Program-made: the position numbers and the translations under genes
Part shown: positions 38,721 to 51,946 of the stretch, in pieces
Position numbering within the stretch: the stretch's first letter is position 1
Layout: every line of letters begins with the position of its first letter
Notes under the pieces: generated by a model
Seen by the model: the letters and a program-made list of their open reading frames with translations, nothing else
Told to the model about the DNA's origin: nothing
Databases searched by the model: none
Assembly (NCBI RefSeq): GCF_006345805.1
Contig: NC_043019.1
Coordinates: forward strand, 25,605,360 to 25,669,359
Origin: Octopus sinensis
Lineage: Eukaryota
Direction: 5' to 3'
Length of the DNA stretch: 64,000 nucleotides

Positions 38721-40370
38721 ACAAGCTATGAGAATTATCAGCAACGTTATCTTGAGCTTTGGTGACAACAAGTTTGCTCTAATATCTAGAATCTTTCGTA
38801 AGGCTTCTTGCAAAATACAAGATTGCACTTTTCTACAGGTCGCCAATGCGAGTCACAATTCCTATATCTTTCAATCTCTTAGAGAGTATTTTGGGTGTTG
38901 TGCCAAGTGCACCAGTAACCACAGAATAACTACCAATTTAGTTTCCCACAATTTCTTCAGCTCTCTGGCTAGATCCTGATATATCACAATTATGATCTTA
39001 CAATTTGTGTTTATTTTATCCTTATAATCATATCTGGTCATCTTGCTTCAATAGTATGATTAGTTTTTATGTGGAGGCACCACACGATCTTGTGATTCTC
39101 ATTTGCTATCACAACTTCTGATTCCTATTCATACTACTTTTCTCTTGTTTTGAAGCCAAACACTTGACCAACACCTCAATGCACTCTTTTGCCTACACTG
39201 TCATGCCTGCGCTTATACTCCTTTCGTGCAATAATACTGCACTCACTGAAAAGGTTATTGATACTTTCGTCTCCTTTCCTGCAGATTCTATATTTGCTGT
39301 ATTACTGAGTTTTGTCGAGGTTTTGTTATCAGATTTCTTGAAAGAGTTTGTTCTTGAGCGACTATAAATAGTGATTCATCTTCTCGTTTTAAGTTCCCGT
39401 TCGTCAATCAAAGCCAACGATCTTTGCTTCCAACAGTCTCAATTTGTTGCAAGAACTGGTCATACAATTCAATTTCTTTCCTTTTGTTTGTTCTGTTGTT
39501 CCTCCTTTCCTCTTTGAATCCCCCGATATTTTGGACATCTCTAGCGGCTGATAGTATTATTGCTTTACACCACACAAATTTTCAGACCCACTACCGCAGG
39601 ACTAACAGTGTGTTCTGCGTTTAGTAACCTATTTCTTTATTACCCACAAGGGGCTAAACATAGAGGGGACAAACAAGGACAGACATAGGTATTAAGTCGA
39701 TTACATCGACCCCAGTGCGTAACTGGTACTTAATTTATCGACCCCGAGAGGATGAAAGGTAAAGTCGACCTCGGCGGAATTTGAACTCGAAACGTAACGG
39801 CAGACGAAATACCGCAAAGCATTTCGCCCGGCGTGCTAACGATTCTGCCAGCTTGTTTAGTAACCCTCTGCCACTTTCCTTACTTGGTAGCAAGAGTTGG
39901 TCGGTATGATTTTTAAGACGGAGTGCGTTGTGCATTGTGAACAGCTTCGTACTTCTCGTATATAAATTCTGTAGCTCGACTTTTGACCATTCCAGGAAGG
40001 GAGAAGAATATCTCATTACTGACTTAACCCATGTATCCATGGCTTTAATGATATTCCTTTCATTTAATTGCTTAGACCAAATTCCTGATTCTCTTGTGAT
40101 TTTTAGTGACTTTCTCTCTAATTTCTTTTTCCATTAACCTATCGTCATGCAGTACTCCCAGGTATTCCTACCTTTCGTTATTCAACAGCGTTCTAATGAT
40201 GTTGCTTTGTGTTAATTCCATGGCATCAGACTTTATCTTCCGGCCTCTCTTCATATTTAGCGCTGCGCACTTATCAACCCCAAACTACATACCAATATCT
40301 TACTGAATATTCTCAATGTTTGGATTAGGGAATCTGTTTGTCACATTTTTATTTGTTTCATTTTCTTATA
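38721..40370 (-). mobile_element. 5'-truncated RLE-type (R4/Dong/NeSL-group) LINE: RT C-terminal part, zinc knuckle, PD-(D/E)xK nuclease; many stops
   Basis: IFSKDIGM*FGVDKC..EYLG..DQLLLPSKESGRGLL; KEYKRRHDSV; EAR*PD; YQDLARELKKLW..VVTGALGTTPK; 3' end runs into (TAA)n-type tract. Confidence 0.9.
39630..39854 (-). mobile_element. SINE family M inserted in the RLE LINE, 11-bp TSD
   Basis: GTTTAGTAACC at 39619-39629 and 39855-39865; LINE sequence resumes across it. Confidence 0.93.
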
Positions 40371-40597
40371 ACAACAATGATTATTATCAACATCCTCCTC
40401 CTCCTCCTCCTCCTCCTCCTCATCATCATCATTATTATTATTATTGTTATTATTATTGTTATTATTATTATTACTATTATAATTATTATTATTATTATTA
40501 TCATCATCATCATCATTATTATTAATATAATTATTATTATTATTATCATCATTATTATTATTATTATTATATTATTATTATTATTATTATTATTATG

Positions 40598-40958
40598 TTA
40601 TTCAGTAGTTTTATTTTTATAGCGTGCTTTCACTACACTACCGAGCGCAGCTCTGTGTGCCTTGGCTATGGGCTGTAGTTAGCTGTGATGCTCTTATAGT
40701 TACTGTATTGAGAGTGTTTTGCATAGGATGTGTGCAGTGCCTAGTAATGCTATTTTCTGTATGTTGTATATATTTGTTAGTCCTGGTGTTTTTGTTATGT
40801 ATTAGTCTGAATATTTTTTTATCATACCTAATGCGCCTACTATGATAGGAATTGTTTCTGTTTTTAGATTCCACATTCGAGTTACCTCTATTTCCAGCTC
40901 TTTGTATTTTGAAAGTTTCTCCATTTCTTATAGAGAAATGTTGACATCTGTTGGTAAT
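40598..40958 (-). mobile_element. RLE-type LINE 3' fragment (second lineage) flanked by (TAA)n on both sides
   Basis: EKLSKYKELEIEVTRMWNLKTETIPIIVGALGMIKK..IQKIALLGTAHILCKTLS*. Confidence 0.9.
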
Positions 40959-41027
40959 TTATTATTGATGTTGTTGTTGTTATTATTGATATTAATATTA
41001 TTAATATTATTATTAATATTATTATTA

Positions 41028-41069
<42 letters not shown>

Positions 41070-41133
41070 TATTATTATTATTATTATTGTTATTATTATT
41101 ATTATTATTATCATTATTATTACTATTATTATT

Positions 41134-41340
41134 AAGGTAGCAAGCTGGCAGAATCGGGATTACGCTTGGCATTTAGTCCGTCTTTACGTTCTGACTTCAA
41201 ATTTCGCCGACGGCGACTTTGCCTTTCATCCTTTCAGGGTCGATGAATTAAGTACCAGTGAATCACTATAGTCGATGTAATCGATTATTCCCTCCTCCCC
41301 GCCACAAATTTCAGACATTATGCCTATAATAGAAAGGATT

Positions 41341-41382
<42 letters not shown>

Positions 41383-41590
41383 AGCGGTGAGCTTGCTGGC
41401 TCGTTAGCAGGTTGGATGAAATGCAAAGCGGTATTTCGCCCGTCGCTACGTTCTGAGTTCAAATTCCGCCGAGGTCGACTTTACCTTTCATCCTTTCGGG
41501 GTCGATTAATTAAGTACCAGTTGATTACTGGGGTCGATGTAATCGACTCATTCCCACCCCCAAGCTACCCATGTGGAAAAATTTGAAATT
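41134..41590 (+). mobile_element. Two SINE family M copies separated by (GTA)n
   Basis: 41134-41340 and 41382-41590 carry head and Meta-like body. Confidence 0.88.
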
Positions 41591-41619
41591 ATTGTTATTT
41601 ATTATCATTATTATTATTA

Positions 41620-41687
<68 letters not shown>

Positions 41688-42366
41688 TATTAAAATCAAT
41701 GGGTGATGAAATTGTTTGGATGCCGGAAAAAATATGTCGTTGTTTCATTGAATTCAGATCCCAGTGAGATCGATATGATAATCCTGTCAAGAACGGAAAG
41801 TCGATTTAATCGACTTCTCCCCTTTGCACAATCATTGAAACATTGGAGGCCTTGTGCTTATGTGCAAAATTATTTGGATTGGTTTCCATGTCTACAGAAT
41901 ATCTGAACATCAACGAGAAAAGTCAATAAGTAAAGAACAAGTGCTACAACAGGGTTACGTTGCAAATTGAAACTACGGCGGCAGCTGATTGGTTTGGAGT
42001 ACGTCGCTATCATATTTGATTTTCTGCAGTTCAATATCGAATTATATGCTGCTGTAGCTTTGCATGTTAACGACATCCAGCAAAGATGACGACATCAGAA
42101 TTTAAACTGTTCCTTGAACAGCATTACATCTGTGACAACAACACAGAGACCAAAGATAATTGGTGAATGATGATTCAATAAATCAATAGAACGACAACGT
42201 AAATACGGTTATAGGTCAGACGTTCGAGGCCAAAGTTACTGCCACTTTCATTTAATATTTAACGGTTCGCGTGTGCAGAAGTGTTTTTATATGGATAGCA
42301 AGAATGTGCGTATGTGTGTGTATGTGCGCCTGTGTGTGCTTGTAAGGACATAAGGAAGCCCTGATA

Positions 42367-42570
42367 GGTAAGGCAGCGAATCGGCAGAATCATTAGCATA
42401 CCGGACAAAATGTTTAGAGGCATCTCGTTCGTCTTTACGTTCTGAGTTCAAACGTCGCCGGGGTCGACTTTGCCTTTCATCCTTTCGGGAGCGATAAAAT
42501 AGGTACCAGTTGAACACTGTGGTCAATTTATCAACTTAACCCCTTCCCCGAAACTTCTGAGCTTGTAACA
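42367..42570 (+). mobile_element. SINE family M
   Basis: Head and body motifs; 103 bp identical to the 36550 copy. Confidence 0.9.
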
Positions 42571-42744
42571 AGGAAATAACACTGAATACTAACCACATGT
42601 AGTCAATATACTGGTACGTGTAAGAATAGGGTACTTAACGTACCCTTCGTTTTTATTACATCAGGATGGGATTTCAGGGTGATTTTGCTGCTATTTTTAG
42701 CACCAAGTCCAAATCCCCACGCTTTAGTGTATAATTCGTTAGGT

Positions 42745-43018
42745 AGAAATCGTATAATAGCCGGCAGAGTACGACGCTATCGAGTAATATTACTCCAGGT
42801 ACGTAACGCGAAGATCAGGAAGTCGCTTCAAGTCGAGTCGCAACTTTTCCGCATTGAAAGGACACAGTTTATTATTAGGGTACTGTGGATATATAAGTAG
42901 AATGGTGCAGGAAATAACCAGAATCGCCAAACAGATTCTTCAATCCGAGCAAACCGGAGGAAGACCAAAGGATACACCAAGAACCAAGAACAAGAAGATT
43001 TTGCGAATCCAAATATGA
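42745..43018 (+). mobile_element. RTE-clade (Expander/Rex3-like) LINE C-terminal remnant
   Basis: RIIAG..VRNAKIRKSLQVESQLFRIERTQ / GYISRM..RIAKQILQSEQTGGRPKDTPRT resembles VEPLLLRIERSQLRWFGH..RM..KQIL..RP.GRPR. Confidence 0.7.
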
Positions 43019-45575
43019 AAAGATGCGACGGCTGTTCCTTAAAGGATCATATGGAAAAGGTACGACTTGCCAAGGTCCCCGCTATGGGTTATTTAGAATG
43101 CTACGGAATTGTTTCCAGGATGTCACTCACAGGCGCCCCCAACGGATACAAGGCAGATGAGGCCCTTCTGTTCTTTATCTGCTCAACTAAGTGAAGATAA
43201 CTCTATACAAATCCTGCATTCTGACTACTGGTTTTGCGGCCCTTGTTGCAACCAGCTCTGTACATGTTTGAAGGACGAGAGAATGGAACTGGCTGGGCAC
43301 AAACCATATCCCCTATATTAATACTCTTCATGCTGGTTTTTCAGCAACTCGGGGCACTAGCACCAACACCATCACACCCTCTTCATTAATCCAGTGGTAA
43401 CAAGGTAAGAGGCGACGGGGATAGGTAGATGTCACTGGAGGTCTTCGGCTTTTAACCTGCATTATCCTTTTTCGCAGATCGGCTGTGCTATGTTGAACCC
43501 TCATATTACTTTAGATATATCGTATACGAAGATGAAGTCTTAGGAGATGACTCACCAACTTAATGTGTTGTTCTTACTAACACGTCAGTTTAGTACAACT
43601 ACCATCATTAGTCCATCACCCCTATCGCCAATAGTACACCACCACCATCATCACTACTACCAACACCACCATTACCATCACTACAGCATACAACCCTACC
43701 AGTATCATCATCACTACTACTACCATCACGACCGCCAACAAATAAAAGCATTTCCAATATCCTCGTTACTCTCACCGCAACCACCACTACCACCAACACC
43801 AACATCATCACCATCACCAACACCACCACCACCACTACCAACTTCATCAATATCCTCCGCACAACCCTTGGTAACAAAAATTTAATCATTGACCCACGAA
43901 GTCTGCTGATCGATATCTCGGCTATCAGGCCATGCCAGGCCATCAGGTTACAGCGACTCAACACAATTCATCGATATATATCTTACGTCGTCTACATCAC
44001 GTGGGAGTTTGTGCTTTTGTTCCAGATGTTTCGAACGAATAATTTTACTTAAATCGCCATCGTTTTAGTCTTGATTACTTTCATTCATTGTACAACAGAT
44101 TATCATAGATCGATTTCATCAATCATTTGGCAGCTTCTTCCCCCAGGGAGACATCACTGAGAAAAATACAACGTAAACATATATTGATGCTTATTTATTC
44201 ATTCAGCCAAATTGTCTGAAGTTTCCTATGAAATAGAACGAAAAAATGTCAGAAAGCTATTTTGTTTTTTGTTTGTGAGTTTCTGGGAGATTAAGTGTTA
44301 TATTGTTCTAGTTGCGAGAAAGTAAAACGGAATTACTGAAGCGATGAAGTGAGCAGATTATTAATTTAATATTTATTGTTGTGTAACTGTTTTATTATTG
44401 GTACTGAGGCGTATCTACAACCAAGACAACTGTTGATGCTCCAGTTTGTTTTGCTACAAATAAGTTATTAAGACGGTGCAACCAATGCAACCTACAAACG
44501 TAGATGGTCCATGAGTGAGCTTCGAAACTAGTCACAGGAAAACTGCAACCACGTCTCATGTGGTCTACTTCTCGAAAAATGTTGTTCAAGCTTCCCTTTA
44601 GTTCTCATTAAATATTTAAAGAATAAACAATCAAATCGCTTTCAAATCATTGTGTTCAAAAACCGAAGGATAGATTGGCAGATGTATTCACAGATTTACT
44701 ATGTCTGAAATTTAAAAAAAAAACACACCGTGAAGTGGTCATAGCTGGAGCGCCACTGGATGTAGCCTCGTCCTACGTGACTACAATGGCCTGTCACTTA
44801 GGGTAATGCATCTTGTTCTATAATGAATTGTCTTATAAATATTTGATACCGATAAAATAAAAGTACAACTTTACATGAAACTGTTACATGAAACTCTAAC
44901 AGTTTGTGAAGTTTTTCATCGGCTTAAAAAATGTATGTGTGTGTGTGAGGAGACAATTGACAGGACGCCTTACATGATAAAAAGGCCAGTTAAAAACCAA
45001 ACCACGAAGAGAATTCATGAGGAACGCTGTTATAAAACTAGAACGAACAAAAAAGTGAATTAGTTAATCCTGAACTCGAGTTTCAATTATTAATTACTCA
45101 ACAAACTAATCTGGAATCCGTAGCTCATCAATGGAATCGCTAATTAATGAATAATTATGTAGTTGCAAATACGTATCGAAAACATGTGTGCAAGAGAGCT
45201 ACATTTTTATCCCTCAAGGATTCGAACTTAGCGCGCGAGAGTAAATATATAGTCTAGCAGTAAATAAAGAAATTTAATACTTTGTCCTATATAGCCTCAT
45301 AATTACGAATATTACTCTCGTAAATATGAGAATACTACATTAAAATAATTTATTAGCAGTGGTTAGCATAAATAAGTGTCATAAGACTTAACACATTTTA
45401 TAAAATATATGAGTATGTAAAGCATGTAAGGAGTCTTGCCAATGGTCTCTACTTTGCGTATAAAAATATTTATACACTCTTATATTTTAAAAATTATGTT
45501 GTCTTATTTATGACTTTTATTTATGCATGAAAACACTGGTAATAAATTATGTTAATTTACTACCCCCATATAGTC

Positions 45576-45606
<31 letters not shown>

Positions 45607-45665
45607 AACTGATACTGGAAGAGAAGCTTTAGAAAGCACGATATAAGGTTTTTACCCCACATGAA

Positions 45666-45753
<88 letters not shown>

Positions 45754-45780
45754 TATATATAATATATATATATATATATA

Positions 45781-45930
45781 AGTGGCTGTGTGGTAAGAGG
45801 CTTGCTTCGTACTATGTGGTTCTGGGTTCAGTCCCACTGCGTGGCACTTGGGCATGTGCTTTCTACTATAGCCTCGGTTCGACCAAAGCCTTGAAAGTGG
45901 ATTTGATAGACGGAAACTGAAAGAAACCTG
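45781..45930 (+). mobile_element. SINE family O, head and body
   Basis: gtggctgtgtggtaag..gggttcagtcccactgcgtggcacttgggca. Confidence 0.88.
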
Positions 45931-46037
45931 TTGCTGTTGTTGTTTTGTTGCTATTTTAAACCACAGATCAATCTTGGATACTTAAAGGGTCTAAGGCATT
46001 CCTGTCGTGGCCATCAAGTCTATTCAGATAATGAAAG

Positions 46038-46218
46038 AGGTATTTCGTCTGTCTTTACGTTCTGTGTTCAAATTCCGCCGAGACCGACTTTGCTTTTCAT
46101 CCCTTCGGAATCGATAAATTAAGTACCAGTTGCGTACTGGGTTGATCTAATCGACTGAGACCCCCACCCCCACCCCCAAAAATTCCAGCCCTTGTGCCTA
46201 GAGAAGAAAAGAATATTG
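46038..46218 (+). mobile_element. SINE family M, 5'-truncated at ggtatttcg
   Basis: Body and alternative ccaaaaattccagcccttgtgcctag tail. Confidence 0.85.
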
Positions 46219-46415
46219 CAGGAATTGTATAAAAGTAAATGAAACTAAACCAACATAACACCCAACAAAAGTAAATAAGTATATAACAAAAAAGGTAACT
46301 TAAATAAAAATAAATATAAACACAAATATATAAATCAAAAACAGACACACATATAAATAAATACATATATAAATATATATATATAGACATATATATATAT
46401 ATATATAATATATAT

Positions 46416-46464
<49 letters not shown>

Positions 46465-46472
46465 GAGATATA

Positions 46473-46520
46473 ACATAAATGTAGACACAAATGAATAATT
46501 ACAACATACACACACATACG

Positions 46521-46594
<74 letters not shown>

Positions 46595-46667
46595 CATAAA
46601 TGTAGACACAAATAAATAATTACAACATACACACAACATACGGCACACACACACACACACACCACAC

Positions 46668-46707
<40 letters not shown>

Positions 46708-46781
46708 AATGTAGAAAAAAAATGAATAATTACAACATACACACACACATACACACACACATACACACACACAACACAATA

Positions 46782-46790
<9 letters not shown>
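46473..46790. repeat. Three-copy minisatellite (period about 110-120 bp) with embedded (CA)n/(TA)n
   Basis: acataaatgtaga..aatgaataattacaacatacacacac at 46473, 46594, 46703. Confidence 0.85.
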
Positions 46791-46857
<67 letters not shown>

Positions 46858-47419
46858 TATATAATATATACAAGCATACATGAATACAAATACAAAAACA
46901 CAAATATATACGCATAAATAAGAATTAAATATAAACGCAAATACAAAGAGATAACGAATACAGGAAGACAGAAATTAATAAAAAATAAAATGAAACAAAA
47001 CAAAAATGAGAGATAACAACAAGACGAAAGAGGAAACGGGAGTGAATCACCGGAAATGGCGTTTAAAGATTAAATAGGAAACCGTAGAAGAGACAGCGAT
47101 AATGATTCCTAGAAACACTTTAAGAGAGAGGTTTGTTTAATTTAGCTATTACCGTATCCATTGTGACTGAAGCATCAATGATATTTGTCATTCATTTTAT
47201 GGCTTTTATATATTTATTGCTTAATTTTGTGTTGCAGTTCTCCCTACCCCAAACACACACACACACACACACACGTTTGTATGTTATTAGCGTGTTATGT
47301 AGGTAGGTAGGTAGGTATATATATTTCATTGACTATGTTTGCGTGTTATGCTATTATTTTTGCGCTACAAAATGTTTTGGCGTTTATGTTGTAGTAACAA
47401 AAGTCTTATATATTTAAAT

Positions 47420-47470
<51 letters not shown>

Positions 47471-47479
47471 CCTATCTAC

Positions 47480-47511
<32 letters not shown>

Positions 47512-47610
47512 TTATCTACCTATCTATGTATATATCTATGTATCTATCTATCTCTCTATTTGTCTGTCTATCTCTCTATCTATCTAACTATATATATATA
47601 TATATATACT

Positions 47611-47729
47611 AGCTTGCTAACCAACCACATGGTTCCGCGTTCATTCCCACTGCGTGGTACCTTACGCAAGTGTCTTCTACTATAACCTTGTGAGTAGATT
47701 TGGTAGACGGAAACTGAAAGAAGCCTGTC

Positions 47730-47768
<39 letters not shown>

Positions 47769-48077
47769 ATAGATATATATATAATTATATATATATATAT
47801 ATATATATATAAATATATATATGTATATGTATCATGTATACGCTACATATATGTATGTATGTGTATATGTTTGTATGTGTGTGGTTGTTCTCCCAACATC
47901 GCTTGACAACCGATACTAGTGTGTTTATGTCACCGTAAACCAGCGGTTCGGCACAAAAGTCCGATATAAGTACTAGTCTTACAAAGAATAAGTTCTAGGG
48001 TCGATTTGCTCGACTAAAAGCCGTGCTCCAGCATGGCCGCAGTCTGATGACTGAAACAAGTAAAACAATAAAAGAAT
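47611..48077 (+). mobile_element. SINE family O, bipartite copy with internal (TA)n/(TG)n
   Basis: Head-body 47611-47730, microsatellite, tail 47885-48077. Confidence 0.85.
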
Positions 48078-48125
48078 ATATATGTATATAATTTATGAGC
48101 GTATATATGAATATATATATTTAAG

Positions 48126-48389
48126 ATGAATAAAAAAAATGAAGTTAACGCAGGTGTAATCAAATATTTTTACTTTCGACACACGTTTCGAAAATTCCAC
48201 TGATACTATTCAAAAGAATAAATGGTATAAACAATGCAATCTTCCTCAGGAAAGTGAGAAAAACGAAACTGAGAGAAGATTGCATTGTTATACCATTTAT
48301 TCTTTTGAATAGTATCAGTGGAATTTCGAACATGTGTCTAAAGTAAAAATATTTGATTACACCTGCGTTAACTCCATTTTTTTATTCAT
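48126..48389. mobile_element. Foldback (about 124-bp arms), inverted Penelope-like pLTR
   Basis: 48126-48249 is the reverse complement of 48269-48389; left arm carries a hammerhead fold. Confidence 0.8.
48172..48255 (-). ncRNA. Type I hammerhead-like fold with extended stem II
   Basis: Stem I ACUUUC/GAAAGU, core CUGAGGA, 53-nt structured stem II, GAAAC-GUGU-GUC; base of stem II imperfect. Confidence 0.55.
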
Positions 48390-48546
48390 ATTATTCAAAA
48401 TATTCAACGTAAACGCGAAGTTTCTACCTACCTTTATAAACAAGGAGTTACAACACCTTTACTTGTGAGATTTTTGCTTGCCCTGGTAAACTATTTTTTT
48501 CCGTGTTAATTGTTAACAAGTAAATTACACTCATTATATATAGATA

Positions 48547-48590
<44 letters not shown>

Positions 48591-48893
48591 CATACATACA
48601 TACATACATACTTATATATATAATATATATATATATATACATGTACATATGCACACTATACATATATATGCATATATGTATGATGAAGGAGATTGAGAGA
48701 GCGCGGAGGAGGTAAATTGAGACCAATTAAATATATATATAAAAAAATGAATCAAACTAAAACAACAAAATATCAACAGCAAAATAAAAGAATGTAAATA
48801 TCTTATCTTTATATATATACACAAATATGCATTATGTTTGGTATGCGTCTACATAAATATATGCACGCATATTTGTCGATATATATGTGTGTG

Positions 48894-48924
<31 letters not shown>

Positions 48925-49068
48925 TGTGTGTGTGTGTATGTGTGTGTGCGCGCGCCCGCATAGTAATTTTCCAGTCTACACGTCTTCAATTTTGCAGACT
49001 ATTATCTCGGATAATAGGAGCGTATTATATTTTCGTCCTCTTCAGCTACATACACAAACTCACACGCA

Positions 49069-49109
<41 letters not shown>

Positions 49110-49488
49110 ACACACGGACATATTCGCTCACTCACTCACTTATACACGCATATGCATGCACACATGCATACATATACTCTCACGTCTACGTACACACATA
49201 TTGTTATATTCATATTTATATTTCATAACTACATTATGTATGATGGTGAACGTGTGATGTTGAGAGTGGAACAAAGTGGCTTCTTATCTTTATTCGTGAT
49301 CATTCTTACTGAATCCTGCTGCTTTGTCTGTCCTCTTCAGTAATAAAGCTTGTCCGCTATCTACGTGAACACTACCTTAATCTGACTCTTGGTTACTTCT
49401 ATCAAAATCCCCTACTATCTGAGAAACCAGTATCTTCTCTTGCTTCTTATTGCAGTAATATATGGATCTTGGTTTCTTATTCCCTCAA

Positions 49489-49643
49489 GCGTTGCTGTGT
49501 GGTAAGAAGGTTACTTCCCATTCGCATGGTTCCAGTTTTGTTCCGCTGAGTGTTACCCTAGCCTGTGCATTCTACTATAGCCTCGGACCGACCAAAACGT
49601 TCTGAGTGAATTTGCCCGATGGACACTGAAAGGAGCCCGTCGT
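49489..49643 (+). mobile_element. SINE family O, head and body, diverged
   Basis: gctgtgtggtaagaag..ttctactatagcctcggaccgaccaaa. Confidence 0.8.
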
Positions 49644-49651
49644 GTGTATAT

Positions 49652-49687
<36 letters not shown>

Positions 49688-49868
49688 ATAGATGTGTGTG
49701 CTTTTGTGAGTTTATATGTGTGTGTGGGGGGGAGCTCGTGTGTGAAAAATATTTGTTCATATACGTATTGTAGTAGCCGTGTGAATAGAATATTTGAGCA
49801 GTTGCTCAAGCTTCAGGAGTTTCAACCCACCATATATCTATCCATCCATCTATCTGCCTATCTATCTG

Positions 49869-49939
<71 letters not shown>

Positions 49940-49940
49940 G

Positions 49941-50001
<61 letters not shown>

Positions 50002-50033
50002 ATGTATGTATGTATGTGTATATATATATATAG

Positions 50034-50060
<27 letters not shown>

Positions 50061-50065
<5 letters not shown>

Positions 50066-50171
50066 AATTTACAAAAAAACAAAAGACAAAGACGGGTTTG
50101 TAAGCAAACAGATGTATTAGTTTAACGCTCGGGAAGTGACAAAGTCTTTTAGATTTCGAGACTATGTTCTT

Positions 50172-50176
<5 letters not shown>
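50061..50176 (-). mobile_element. Penelope-like terminal repeat fragment (sibling of 52510-52625)
   Basis: Minus strand tgttgaagaacatagtctcgaaatctaaaagact..cacttcccgagcgttaaactaatacatctgtttg aligns with the 52.5 kb copy. Confidence 0.7.
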
Positions 50177-50207
<31 letters not shown>

Positions 50208-50950
50208 AGGGCGGAAGAGAAGGGAGGAGAGAGAGGCTGAGAGAGCGATAAGCACGTCTCACTGAAAGGTTAGTTGTGATAATTGTCATTAAACATAATA
50301 GATATGCTGCCACCCATGGTGTTAACGGCTCAGTCATAAATCTATATACAAACATTGAAATGCACTTTGAATATCGGTGTTATAACGGCTTTTATATATC
50401 TATCTATATGTAAGTGTGTGCGTGTGTATGTAAACCCCCCATATATATATATATATACACATATGCGCATGCACACATACCCACCTATGTGTCTCTGTGT
50501 GTGTATACATGTGTGTGTGCCTTTGAGCGTTTGTGTGTTTTTGTATCTATAGCTAACTAGACATCTAGATTATTATCGTATCCATTGCAAACATTGACAT
50601 CTAGATTAGCACGCACGCGTACACCACACACGCACACATACACATATATACACAGGCACGCACACGCATGCACGCACACACACTGGCAGGTCCGTGTTGA
50701 TAAAAGGTCCTACAATAAAAAAGAGATATGTGACTCGCATATTCTAGCAGCATACAGACAGACTAGGAAATTGCTCGATGAATACTCACGCGTGTCCCAA
50801 TCCTTCTCGTGCAAACTAGCTAAATGGATCTCCGTCGGCGTCATGATGATTATTCAGCTGTTCACTCACTTAAATTACTTACTCATTGAATTAATATTGA
50901 AGTGACGGAGCATACCGGAGGTATACGTATACCTTTACTGTAATTCTTGA

Positions 50951-51253
50951 GAAGGTGCGTGGTTTACTAGCCTGGGTATCCGGTTCACAATCGTTAAGCT
51001 ATGAGTTCGATTACCAGCTGTGACATACTCTATTTCACGTTGCACCAGTCCACTCGGTTGGCAAATGTATGGAGTACCTGTAATTCAAAGAGCTAGCCTT
51101 ATCGCAGACTGTGTGGCGTTGAATCTCCCCGAAGAACGACATGAAGAGTACACGTGACGGTGGAATGCTCCGCCACACGGACGTTAATTTGACAAGTAGG
51201 TTGTTCTGTTGATCGGATCAACAGGAACGCTTGGCGTCTTAACGGACGGAGAG
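50951..51253 (+). mobile_element. tRNA-derived SINE (body Y + tail T1), diverged
   Basis: gagttcgatt B box, ctatttcacgttgcaccagtccactcgg body, gaatctccccgaag..gatcggatcaac tail. Confidence 0.75.
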
Positions 51254-51618
51254 CGAGTTCATTTAAGTCTTAAATCGACATGGCAAACAGTTTGTGTGTG
51301 AGAAGGCCGGACCTTTTGAATTATAGCCACAGACCATCAGACTAGAGTCCACAAACTTTCCTCTTATGCAATTTGACTCAAAAGGTTTGACTCAACTCGT
51401 GACTTTGTAAAGTTGTAAAGTTATTTGCATAAGATACCATTTAGTAGAACCGAATCTTTGTTCTGGGCATTATTAAAAGTGAACTGCTTAAACTAGCGCC
51501 CAGGTGTCGTCCATTTTAGAAATTACCGCCTAACTGGTGTGTGACATTGAGCTACAGTTGAAATAATAAGTCTACACTAGAGTGTATATGTACAGTATAT
51601 ATATATATATATATATAT

Positions 51619-51697
<79 letters not shown>

Positions 51698-51779
51698 TTT
51701 TTTAATAATATATTATTATTATTAATATAAGGGAATTAATATCCAAACTCATCATAAAGATATACCAGTGTGAAAGAAC

Positions 51780-51946
51780 TTATTGTATTAAAAATATAAA
51801 TATAAAGTATAAAATAAATTTGATAGTTTAAAAGTCTTGGATTAACTATTTAAAGCATCTTACGATCGTTTCGCAGAATAGTTGTCCCTATAATGAAATC
51901 CTATATTGCTAAGCATTTATAGACAACTCTTCTGTTCTTCCAAGCC
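51780..51946 (-). mobile_element. Penelope-like terminal repeat with decayed hammerhead
   Basis: Minus strand long hairpin CAGAAGAGTTGTC..GACAACTATTCTG then CGAAACGATCGTA (palindromic ACGATCGT, GUA triplet); CUGANGA box mutated. Confidence 0.55.

Noticed and set aside
44500-44540. CGAAACTAGTC with palindromic ACTAGT
   Set aside because: No CUGANGA box and no stem I pairing; could be chance
46473-46790. Repeat-spacer-like periodicity
   Set aside because: Spacers are microsatellites, no cas genes, eukaryotic context; an ordinary minisatellite, not CRISPR
48040-48062. CTGATGA-CT-GAAAC resembling a hammerhead core
   Set aside because: Mutated SINE tail (other copies read gtcaaatgactgaaacaag); no stem II or stem I
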